The notes beneath the pieces are model-generated. The model was not told the origin of the DNA. It did not search any database and was given only the letters and a program-made list of their open reading frames with translations. Shown piece after piece: positions 8,492 to 16,187 of a DNA stretch of 18,158 bases; the stretch's first letter is position 1, and the number at the start of each line of letters is the position of its first letter. The position numbers and the translations under genes were made by a program. Origin of the DNA: Promethearchaeota archaeon (GTDB lineage: Archaea > Asgardarchaeota > Lokiarchaeia > Sigyniarchaeales > SOKP01); the NCBI GenBank assembly GCA_018238625.1, contig JABCSY010000086.1, positions 1-18,158 on the forward strand, read 5' to 3'.

Positions 8492-8908
8492 TTATCTGAA
8501 TGATTTTTGCCTTCGAGCTCGAGCTTTTTTTCCACCGAAGTGTTTGGGCTCCGTTCTCCTTGAATCCCCCGAAAGCAACGACTCGTCATATTCTCTAAAA
8601 GTTTTTTCAATAGTTTTTGTTCCAATAAACTTGTTTATGGATTTAGCAATAGCAATACGGACGGCATCTGTTTGACCCATTGTTCCGCCACCTTTTACAT
8701 GTACAGTGATATCACATTTTTCTAGCTTGGGATGATCGACAACTTCGAAAACTTCTTGGATTCTCATTCTAGCAATATCCGGTTCATAATTTTTTAAAGG
8801 GACATTGTTAATTTTAATCTGCCCTTTCGCAGGGTATTTTAATACTGCTCGAGCAATCGCTGTTTTTCTTTTACCCGAAGATTGAATTATTTTTGTTCTT
8901 TCAGACAT
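8492..8908 (-). CDS. rps9: 30S ribosomal protein uS9 (S9/S16e)
   Basis: GKRKTAIARA, VKGGGTMGQTDAVRIAIAK, DSRRTEPKHFGGKKARARRQKSFR. Confidence 0.98.
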   Translation of the reverse strand: MSERTKIIQSSGKRKTAIARAVLKYPAKGQIKINNVPLKNYEPDIARMRIQEVFEVVDHPKLEKCDITVHVKGGGTMGQTDAVRIAIAKSINKFIGTKTIEKTFREYDESLLSGDSRRTEPKHFGGKKARARRQKSFR

Positions 8909-8913
8909 AATAT

Positions 8914-9384
8914 TTAAGCCTCAATTTGTGTATTTTTCCATCCAATTCGAGAGCAAAGGTTTTCTAATGTAATAAATTTGTTATAGTACGAGAGTCTTTG
9001 CTTACCTGCATTAGGTATTTCTATAGGAATTAACTTTTGATACCTGTTCTGGTAGCGGTGTGGAATAGCTCCGATATATACATGAACCCTTTTAAGAGCG
9101 TCTTTACCTCGGATTTTCTTTGTTGGGAGCATTTTTTTAATTACATTTCTCATGAAAGTATCAGGTCGCCTTGGCCAGAAGGGTCCTCTTCTAGGATTTG
9201 TAGCAGTGCTAATGTTGAGCTTAGATAAATATTTTTCATGAATATTTCGTTTAGTACCACTAATTATTGCTTCTTTAGCATTAATTATAACAATTTTCTC
9301 ACCTAATAGCGCTTTCTTAGCTACTTGACTACAAAACCTTCCTAAAATCTTGTTTGTAGCGTCTATTAACAGATATTCTTGCAT
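8914..9384 (-). CDS. rpl13: 50S ribosomal protein uL13
   Basis: IDATNKILGR, VAKKALLGEKIVIINA, NPRRGPFWPRRPD, KMLP; adjacent to rps9. Confidence 0.97.
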   Translation of the reverse strand: MQEYLLIDATNKILGRFCSQVAKKALLGEKIVIINAKEAIISGTKRNIHEKYLSKLNISTATNPRRGPFWPRRPDTFMRNVIKKMLPTKKIRGKDALKRVHVYIGAIPHRYQNRYQKLIPIEIPNAGKQRLSYYNKFITLENLCSRIGWKNTQIEA

Positions 9385-9408
9385 TTATCTCTCTCTCGTT
9401 TTTAATTA

Positions 9409-9765
9409 TCAGTAAAATATCTTTACTTCTTTTCCTTCAGGATTTTGTTCAAGCAATTCTTCAATTGACAAAAGCTTACTCCCTGAAATTTCAATTTTTT
9501 TTCGAGCAGGTTTAGAACAATCTAAACAAGCAATAGTTAATTTATGGTCTAAATCACCAAGTGACAATACCTTACCTGGAACCACTATAACATCATTTTC
9601 TTTAGTTTTCTTATTGATTCGGTAGAGATTTGCTTCTACTCGATTATTCCTAGGTCCTGATAGTTTTTTTGAAACCATTTTCCAAATTCGTCTTTTTGTC
9701 TTCCATAAATCACGAATTAACTTTCTATTATAATAATTTGAAGGACCGCTTATACGATGACTCAT
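9409..9765 (-). CDS. rpl18e: 50S ribosomal protein eL18
   Basis: IW..V...L..PR..RVEANL.RI, VIVVPGKVLSLG, LLEQNPEG. The ATG at 9765 (MSHRIS) gives a typical archaeal length of 118 aa. Confidence 0.95.
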   Translation of the reverse strand: MSHRISGPSNYYNRKLIRDLWKTKRRIWKMVSKKLSGPRNNRVEANLYRINKKTKENDVIVVPGKVLSLGDLDHKLTIACLDCSKPARKKIEISGSKLLSIEELLEQNPEGKEVKIFY

Positions 9766-10037
9766 TTTGTGCTCAATTATTGAAATTTTAGAATAATAAT
9801 CTTGAAAATTGCTCAAAACTTAAATATTTTATCGATTTGTTTGAAAGTCTTTTCTAATAGTGTTTAGATAATGATGATTAAGTTTTCTAATTTTTCAAAG
9901 GCGTGATTTGAATGCAATTTGATGGCAAAATTCACACCATTCTTTGAAATCAAATATTTTTTTTTTAATCCAAAATAGGATGGAATATTTTAAAAATAAA
10001 TCTTCAAAATAAGATATTTAAATAAATTCTTGATTGA

Positions 10038-10886
10038 CTATGATTCTATTTCAAGTTCCTCTAATTTTATAACAAATTCATCAATCTTTTCGTTAAAAAT
10101 CTCGAAAACCTTTCTGATTATTACATTAAAAGGTAAAACACCATCGCTCTCTATTGAAAAGATATAAACACCTTTCTTTGGAACTACTTTAATCTTACCA
10201 TTACTATTTTTCTCACAAGACATACATAAAGTGCAAGATTTCCAATAATCCTCTTTTATTTTTAAAGAATCATTGTTAGCCATTTCAAATAGTTTTTTGG
10301 GGCACATTTTAACAATTAATTTTTTCTCCTCTGGGTCTTTAAAATCGTTTGCGTTGAACTCAACTATAGGATAAAGTCTGAAAGCCACATTTGATACTGC
10401 TTGCCACTTTGCGTGATTTTTAGCAAAACCTAAGATTGCGTAAGCTTCAATAATGATTTTGGCGTTCTTATCAATTTTAACTATTGGGATGTATGGATCA
10501 ACTGGTACGATCTTAGGGTCGTTTGAACTTAAATCACCCGAGTAAATATCTAAAGGCGCACTAGTAGTGTTTGCAATTTCGCATGTTAAAGAAACTTGGC
10601 ATAAGGGACATCCATATCCTAAACAATCGCACTCGTGAGGTAACTTGTATACATCTAAATCTGTTTTCAGAGGAATTAAGCCCATCCTATGAGAAATTAT
10701 CTCGTCGTAAAGCGGGCTGTCATTTTTTAGGATTATTATTTCATCAATTGCCATAACAGGAATCTCAGTTAGGATTATTCGCCGCATAGCATTAATCATT
10801 TCAATAGAAATACCTTCTATTACAAATACTATTTTATTTTCGCTTTTTTTAAGGACATCGAGGTTTAGAGGGCTCATAGTATTCAT
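10038..10886 (-). CDS. rpoD: DNA-directed RNA polymerase subunit D (Rpo3)
   Basis: NAMRRIILTEIPVMAID, NDSPLYDEIISHRMGLIPL, IYSGDL, HAKWQ, FSIESDGVL. Alternative start at the ATG at 10877. Confidence 0.97.
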   Translation of the reverse strand: MNTMSPLNLDVLKKSENKIVFVIEGISIEMINAMRRIILTEIPVMAIDEIIILKNDSPLYDEIISHRMGLIPLKTDLDVYKLPHECDCLGYGCPLCQVSLTCEIANTTSAPLDIYSGDLSSNDPKIVPVDPYIPIVKIDKNAKIIIEAYAILGFAKNHAKWQAVSNVAFRLYPIVEFNANDFKDPEEKKLIVKMCPKKLFEMANNDSLKIKEDYWKSCTLCMSCEKNSNGKIKVVPKKGVYIFSIESDGVLPFNVIIRKVFEIFNEKIDEFVIKLEELEIES

Positions 10887-10961
10887 ATCACATACTTTTG
10901 TTAATATAGTATAGATACTTGTAGAAATATGTAATTGAAGATAAATTTTACTATTTAAGCT

Positions 10962-10979
10962 AAAAAAAGTAAAAAAAAA
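10962..10979 (-). terminator. oligo(U) terminator candidate after glyA
   Basis: T9 and T7 runs on the minus strand immediately after the glyA stop at 10983. Confidence 0.45.
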
Positions 10980-10982
10980 GAA

Positions 10983-12311
10983 TTAAAAAAATTTCATGTA
11001 TTCATGCGCTTTATTTGGAGATTGAAAACAATACTTAATTTCTTGGAAACCCTTTCTAAATTCCAATACATCTTGTTTAATTTTCTTAGGATCCTTTTTA
11101 TCAATCAACAATGCTTTGAAAAATTCTGCAATTTCAACCATTTCACTTTTGCCCATTCCAAGACGAGTGATCTCAGAAGTTCCCAATCTTAAACCTCCTG
11201 GATCTTTATAGTGTCTCCCCTCTGAAATATCCCAAGGTAGTAAGTTTCTATTCACTATAATGTTAGTAGATTCAAGTAATGCTTCTATCGCACCCCCGAG
11301 CCCGATGGTTTTCTCAAAATTAGTTATATCAATAACTATTTGATGAGATTCCGTGAAACCTTTATGTTCCATAAGCACATTTATACCCCTTTCATATAAA
11401 GCTTGACCTAAAGCTTTTGCGTTGTTAATAACATTTTTATGATATTCTTTACCAAACTCTAACATCTCTGCTAATGCTACAGCTAATCCCGCAACGTTAT
11501 GTAAGTGATGGTTAGATAATAAAGCCGGAAAGGTACACGATCGTAATGTATCGATTAAATCCTCTCGATTTGATAGAAGAGCGCCATGCTGAGGCCCTGG
11601 AAGCGTCTTGTGCGTGCTTAACGTCATTGCGTCCGCTCCTTCCTTTAAGGGGTCTTGAAAGTAACCTGAACCAATCAAACCCGCCACGTGAGCAGCGTCA
11701 TAACCTACATTAGCGCCAATCTCTTTCGCAACATCACTAAGCTCCTTGACAGGATGGGGGAAAAGAAACACTGAACCGCCAAATAAAACCATTTCGGGTT
11801 TAACTTCCCTTATAATTTTTGAAGTTGCATCAGGATCTATGTTCATCTCGTTGTTATCAAAAGCCATGTATTCGATATTCAACCCTCGTACGGTTCCCGC
11901 AGTGCCATAAATCGCCATCCCACTCTTTGTGAATTTGGGCGCGTGAGAGATGTGCCCCCCCTTTGGTATAGGCATTATTAACATTTTACCATTATTTTCT
12001 GATGTAAATGCGTTATACATCGCTAAGTTAGCAACAACTCCAGATATGGGCCTTACATCGGCATGAACGCATTTAAAATATTCCTTAGCAAGTTCCATAC
12101 AGATGTCCTCAATCTCATCGATATATTTACAACCTGCGTAAACACGCTGTCCACTCCACCCCTCTGCGTACCTATGAGAAAAATCAGAATTACAAGCTTC
12201 GTCTACTGCGTGACTAGTGATATTTTCGGAAGCTATGAGTGGGATTGCCTTTTGGAAGAAATCACCATGTTTAATTAATATATTTCTAATTTCTTCGACT
12301 TTATTTTTCAA
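10983..12311 (-). CDS. glyA: serine hydroxymethyltransferase (archaeal type)
   Basis: LIASEN, RYAEG...YAGC, GGHISH, YDAAHVAGLI, STHKTLPGP (PLP lysine), NRNLLP, GLRLGT. TTG start. Confidence 0.97.
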   Translation of the reverse strand: MKNKVEEIRNILIKHGDFFQKAIPLIASENITSHAVDEACNSDFSHRYAEGWSGQRVYAGCKYIDEIEDICMELAKEYFKCVHADVRPISGVVANLAMYNAFTSENNGKMLIMPIPKGGHISHAPKFTKSGMAIYGTAGTVRGLNIEYMAFDNNEMNIDPDATSKIIREVKPEMVLFGGSVFLFPHPVKELSDVAKEIGANVGYDAAHVAGLIGSGYFQDPLKEGADAMTLSTHKTLPGPQHGALLSNREDLIDTLRSCTFPALLSNHHLHNVAGLAVALAEMLEFGKEYHKNVINNAKALGQALYERGINVLMEHKGFTESHQIVIDITNFEKTIGLGGAIEALLESTNIIVNRNLLPWDISEGRHYKDPGGLRLGTSEITRLGMGKSEMVEIAEFFKALLIDKKDPKKIKQDVLEFRKGFQEIKYCFQSPNKAHEYMKFF

Positions 12312-12521
12312 ATTTTATCAAATCTTTTTTTTTAGAATTTTAAAGTTCTTATTGCATTATAATAAAATGCAAATAATTTTAAATCTTACGACAAATTTCT
12401 AAGAATTTTAGTTATATGTTTGAAATTTGGATAACATTACAATCAGATTTACCAAAAATATATTAAGAAAAATAAGATAAACAAAGAGAAAAAATAAATC
12501 TATTTATATTCTGTTACTCGT

Positions 12522-12608
12522 TTAGAAGGGAACTTTGCGAGATTTTTTAACCAATAATAACGACAAAAGCCACAATACAATATCCATAGAGGTGCTAATG
12601 AATCGCAT
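12522..12608 (-). CDS. candidate 28-aa hydrophobic peptide (MRFISTSMDIVLWLLSLLLVKKSRKVPF)
   Basis: ATG at 12608 preceded by AAGGAG (12622-12617) at 8-nt spacing; stop TAA at 12524-12522. Shorter than any ORF in the supplied track. Translation is unproven. Confidence 0.3.
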   Translation of the reverse strand: MRFISTSMDIVLWLLSLLLVKKSRKVPF

Positions 12609-12616
12609 TTCAAATT

Positions 12617-12673
12617 CTCCTTGTTAAATCTGAATTTATTCTATAATCAAATAAAAGTAATCATAACAAGGAG
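12617..12673. repeat. perfect 10-bp inverted repeat closing an imperfect 57-nt hairpin
   Basis: CTCCTTGTTA (12617-12626) pairs with TAACAAGGAG (12664-12673). Inner pairing: TTTATT (12635-40) with AATAAA (12650-55). Confidence 0.6.
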
Positions 12674-12696
12674 TTTTTTCTAACCTAAATCTTAAC

Positions 12697-13617
12697 TTAC
12701 TCTTTCGGTTGTTCGAGGATTAATCGAGCTTCAAATAGATTTAGCTTTTTACCCGCCTTTTGTTTCTCCAACGCAACGGCTAATTTTTCTCGCTTCATCT
12801 TTTCAAGTTCATCGTTTCTTCTTGAATTCTTTCTATACGGCGTTTTTGACCTACTATGAGGGCCGTTATATGGTCGTTTTCCTTTTGATATTTTTTTTCT
12901 TTTGTTCATAACTTGTAAAAATTGTTCGTGGTATGAATCTGCTGCTTTTTTATTTTCGATCAACTCTTCTTCGAGAGTTTTCTTTTTCTCTCTTAATCCG
13001 TTTATTAATTCGTATGTTTCATGCATTTTGGCATGGTAATTTTGAGATTTATTGGACCATTTACTTAGTTGTTCATAAATCTTATTTAAATTAATTTTAA
13101 CAATTTGGATTTTGCGCTCAATTCTAAAGTAATCGTTGTTCTGTTGCTCATCCAAGAAATCATGTTTAATTTTAGCTAATTCTCTAATTTTGTCAACAAT
13201 TGCATTTTCTTCAACAATCTCTAAATTTTCTATTTCTATTCTTCTTTCTAGATTGTCTATCTTCTTATCGATTTGTTTAATAGAGACAAATTTCTTTGTA
13301 TTTTTTCCCTTTTTGCTTGCTTTCAGAATTGTTTTTCCTTCATCAATGAATTTATCTAGTAATTGCTTATATTCTATTTTTTTGTCTTTTAATTTCTTTA
13401 CCTTATCGTTCCAGTGATCTCTTCGCTTTTTGTAATCGTTTTTCACAAGTTTTAAATAATCCTCGATTTCACGGTCAATTGCTTGTAAATCGGTAATAAA
13501 ATTTTTAGTTTTTTTGTTTAAATCATCTCGTTTTTGTCTAAATTCTTCAATTTGAATTTGAAGTTCTTTAAAAGAGATTTTTGAAATTTGAGCTGTATTC
13601 TTGTTGGCACTACTCAT
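12697..13617 (-). CDS. archaeal coiled-coil protein (COG1340-like)
   Basis: Long E/K-rich heptads 'KRDDLN...KRRDHWNDKVKKLK', 'EENAIVDKIREL', 'SQNYHAKM', 'ADSYHEQF', C-terminal GKKLNLFE. Confidence 0.8.
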   Translation of the reverse strand: MSSANKNTAQISKISFKELQIQIEEFRQKRDDLNKKTKNFITDLQAIDREIEDYLKLVKNDYKKRRDHWNDKVKKLKDKKIEYKQLLDKFIDEGKTILKASKKGKNTKKFVSIKQIDKKIDNLERRIEIENLEIVEENAIVDKIRELAKIKHDFLDEQQNNDYFRIERKIQIVKINLNKIYEQLSKWSNKSQNYHAKMHETYELINGLREKKKTLEEELIENKKAADSYHEQFLQVMNKRKKISKGKRPYNGPHSRSKTPYRKNSRRNDELEKMKREKLAVALEKQKAGKKLNLFEARLILEQPKE

Positions 13618-13639
13618 AGGATTAAATCATTAACGAGTA

Positions 13640-13647
13640 TTTATAAA
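13640..13647 (-). promoter_or_regulatory. TATA box candidate for the coiled-coil gene (leaderless-type spacing)
   Basis: TTTATAAA about 23 nt upstream of the ATG at 13617. Confidence 0.35.
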
Positions 13648-13833
13648 AAAGGTTGCATAAACAATGATAGATTATTTCAATTTAACATATATTTTATATT
13701 TTTTGCAAAAACTCATTTAAATTATTAAAAACGTTATCAAAAAGTTACAATTTTGTAAAATTAATGACAGCGAAATTATTAGAACAATTTAGATATTATT
13801 GGAAAAATTCGATTTTTGGAAAAGAGTTTAATT

Positions 13834-14700
13834 ATGACCGAAGAGATAATAAAAGAAAACGATTTGATTTACCTAATTCTTGATCAACGAAGAAAATGGT
13901 TGGTTAGGGTAGAATCAGGGGGAGAATTTCATACACATAAAGGGATCATAAAGTTTGATGATCTAATAGGAAAACCATTTGGTTCTGTAATTTTTTCTCG
14001 ACCCTATGACACTCAAGGATATAAATTCTACGTTTTTAAACCTTTACCTTCTGATTATGTAACTTACATGAGCCGTAAAACTCAAATAATTTATCCAGAA
14101 GACGCAGGATTAATTTTAATATACACAGGAATTGGCCCTGGCAGCAAAGTTATCGAAGCAGGGTGTGGTTCGGGAGCATTAACATGTATTTTAGGAAATT
14201 ATGTGAGGCCCGAGGGGCATATATTTTCGTACGATATCAGAGAAAAGAGTCTAAAACGGGCTCAAAGGAATGTTATTAACGCAAAATTACAAAATTTTGT
14301 CTCAATTCAATTTGGAGATATTTTAAACGATGACTTAGGACATAACGATGTAGACTCAGTTGTTTTAGATATGCCACAACCCTGGAAGGCTGTTGAAAAA
14401 GTTAGAGGCTATCTTAAATTTAGTGGAACATTTGTATCGTTTTCGCCAGCGATAGAACAAGTAAAAAAAACAACTTTTGCTCTACAAGAAAACGGATTTT
14501 ATGAAATAAATACATACGAATTGAGTAAAAGAAAACTTCAAGTGAAAAAAAATGCAACTCATCCCGAAGTTCGAATGATCGGGCATACGGGCTACATGAC
14601 CTTTGCCAGAAAAATCAAAGATGTTAGAAATCCATATCGAGAAAAGAAACCAAAACAAGACGAGTTTGTCGAATTGAATGGAATGCCCTTACGAAGTTGA
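13834..14700 (+). CDS. trmI: tRNA (adenine-57/58-N1)-methyltransferase TrmI/Trm61
   Basis: FHTHKG, RKTQIIYPED, VIEAGCGSGALT, YDIRE, VLDMPQPW, MIGHTGY. It reads directly on the + strand (TTG 13816, ATG 13834, TGA 14698-14700), so the '-' in the ORF track is wrong. Confidence 0.95.
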   Translation: MTEEIIKENDLIYLILDQRRKWLVRVESGGEFHTHKGIIKFDDLIGKPFGSVIFSRPYDTQGYKFYVFKPLPSDYVTYMSRKTQIIYPEDAGLILIYTGIGPGSKVIEAGCGSGALTCILGNYVRPEGHIFSYDIREKSLKRAQRNVINAKLQNFVSIQFGDILNDDLGHNDVDSVVLDMPQPWKAVEKVRGYLKFSGTFVSFSPAIEQVKKTTFALQENGFYEINTYELSKRKLQVKKNATHPEVRMIGHTGYMTFARKIKDVRNPYREKKPKQDEFVELNGMPLRS

Positions 14701-14721
14701 TAAATAATGGTAATAAAATAA

Positions 14722-15141
14722 TTAAAATCCTTTTAACTTAACGCCAGTTTGCATCTCTTTCTTTTTCTTATATCTCTGCGTTTTAAAGTAATGTTTCTTT
14801 TTCTCAGGTAAAATATCAATGTATTTCCTTAAAATATCTTCAACATAAGCTTTAGTTGCTTTATTTGATATTTTGTTTGGATTAGATAAATGTGATAGAA
14901 TCTCTTTATTTTTAGAGTCAGCCGAAAGGCTTAAATTTTTTATCGGAATATGAAATGAATGAGTAAACCAGCCTGTACTTTTTTCTTCGTGAGCAATTAC
15001 TTTTAAAATGTTCACTTCTTCTTTTTTAATTTTAAAATCTAGTATATTCTTGCCGGGACGTACAATTATTGTGGCGTAAACTGGAAGCTTATTCTTCGGA
15101 TCGTGTATTTTTTTTAAAAATTCCTTTAGCTTGTCATTCAT
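14722..15141 (-). CDS. hypothetical basic protein (139 aa)
   Basis: ATG-started ORF filling the gap between trmI and yjbQ, with a Lys-rich C-terminus. No family recognised. Confidence 0.75.
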   Translation of the reverse strand: MNDKLKEFLKKIHDPKNKLPVYATIIVRPGKNILDFKIKKEEVNILKVIAHEEKSTGWFTHSFHIPIKNLSLSADSKNKEILSHLSNPNKISNKATKAYVEDILRKYIDILPEKKKHYFKTQRYKKKKEMQTGVKLKGF

Positions 15142-15175
15142 TTTGATTCGATACGATATTTTGATTCAATACAAT
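15140..15175. repeat. 18-bp tandem direct repeat (2 copies, 2 mismatches)
   Basis: ATTTTGATTCGATACGAT (15140-57) followed by ATTTTGATTCAATACAAT (15158-75). Confidence 0.6.
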
Positions 15176-15258
15176 AAAAAGTGCTCAGTTATAAATAGCT
15201 TAAATTAAGATAATTAATTAAATTTATTATTAAAAAGAAAGAAAAAGGAGAAGAAATC

Positions 15259-15681
15259 GTGCCGGTTGTATTAGAAACGTTTGAAATTAAAACGAAAGCT
15301 TATTGCGATGTAATAAATATTACACCTCAAGTTCAAAGTGCGGTTGAGAGAAGTGGATTGAAAGATGGCATCGTAAACGTACATGTTGCCGGATCTACTG
15401 GAGCTATTTCTACAACGGAATACGAACCCGGAATAGTTAAGCATGATATTAAGGATCTACTTGAAAAACTAATTCCATATGATAAAAATTATGCACATCA
15501 TAATACGTGGCACGATCATAACGGAGCAGGTCATTTAAGGAGTTTTCTTCTTAAAACATCTCAAACTTTTCCATTCAAAAACAAGGAATTAATCCTAGGG
15601 ACGTGGCAAAATATCATTTTCGTTGAAAACGACGAAAAATTTCGAGTTCGTGAAATTTTTGTGACAGCTATAGGAGAGTAG
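15259..15681 (+). CDS. yjbQ: YjbQ/UPF0047 family protein (secondary thiamine-phosphate synthase)
   Basis: NITPQV...SG..DG.V.V...GSTGAI...EYEPG, NGAGHLRS, LGTWQNIIFVE. GTG start with AAGGAG (15245-50) 8 nt upstream. Confidence 0.93.
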   Translation: MPVVLETFEIKTKAYCDVINITPQVQSAVERSGLKDGIVNVHVAGSTGAISTTEYEPGIVKHDIKDLLEKLIPYDKNYAHHNTWHDHNGAGHLRSFLLKTSQTFPFKNKELILGTWQNIIFVENDEKFRVREIFVTAIGE

Positions 15682-15706
15682 TTGAAATAATAAAAGTAAA
15701 AAATAA

Positions 15707-15928
15707 TTAATTTATTTGATTCATGTTATTAAATTCGTGCACTAGCTTGTCATATACTTCTCGACGGCGAATGTTTTCGAATTTATCTATCATCTTTAAG
15801 ATAGTTTTATGACCATCTTGTATCATGCTTTTAAACATGGGAATCTTTCGTACTACGTTCTCAAATCTATTTTTCTGATTTATTTGGTAATGTAAAAATT
15901 CCAAAAATTGGTTTTCCTCTTCGTTCAA
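15707..15928 (-). CDS. small hypothetical protein (73 aa)
   Basis: TTG-started ORF with helical, charged composition, convergent with yjbQ without overlap. Confidence 0.5.
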   Translation of the reverse strand: MNEEENQFLEFLHYQINQKNRFENVVRKIPMFKSMIQDGHKTILKMIDKFENIRRREVYDKLVHEFNNMNQIN

Positions 15929-16155
15929 TTCAATCCACTTTTATAAATTACTGTTTAACGAAATTAAAATAGTTCTCATTATAAAATGGCGATATCATGT
16001 ATGTATTTTTTAAGTAATATTAGAAATTTGAGATATTGGGAAGTAAAACAGAAAAAGACCATAAGATTAAAAATAATGAATTTCACTTAATATTAAAAAA
16101 TTTCATTATAATCTTCGTTTAAAAAAGGTTTTATCGTTATTTTTTTTAACAAGTG

Positions 16156-16163
16156 TTTATAAA
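16156..16163 (+). promoter_or_regulatory. TATA box candidate for the GTPase gene (leaderless-type spacing)
   Basis: TTTATAAA ending about 25 nt before the ATG at 16188, with no SD sequence. Confidence 0.35.
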
Positions 16164-16187
16164 AAATATAAATATTGGTTCACGATA

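Noticed and set aside
9871-9877. Box C motif ATGATGA (C/D sRNA)
   Set aside because: No CTGA box D at a suitable distance downstream.
12400-12610. Glycine, ZTP, THF or lysine riboswitch upstream of glyA
   Set aside because: Only an isolated AGAGGTGC on the wrong strand; no recognisable aptamer consensus. An Rfam scan would settle it.
12627-12665. SECIS-like AUGA...GA core in the minus-strand hairpin
   Set aside because: The second helix pairs poorly and no neighbouring gene has an in-frame UGA.
275-13417. Short overlapping ORFs at 275, 5995, 6291, 8401, 9037, 10571, 11004, 12063, 12217 and 13136 (also 16862)
   Set aside because: Each lies within or overlaps a well-supported gene and has no family features.
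13816-14700. ORF-track label placing the TrmI ORF on the minus strand
   Set aside because: The listed protein reads directly from the + strand (TTG GAA AAG AGT TTA ATT ATG ACC... ending TGA at 14698-14700), so the label is an error.
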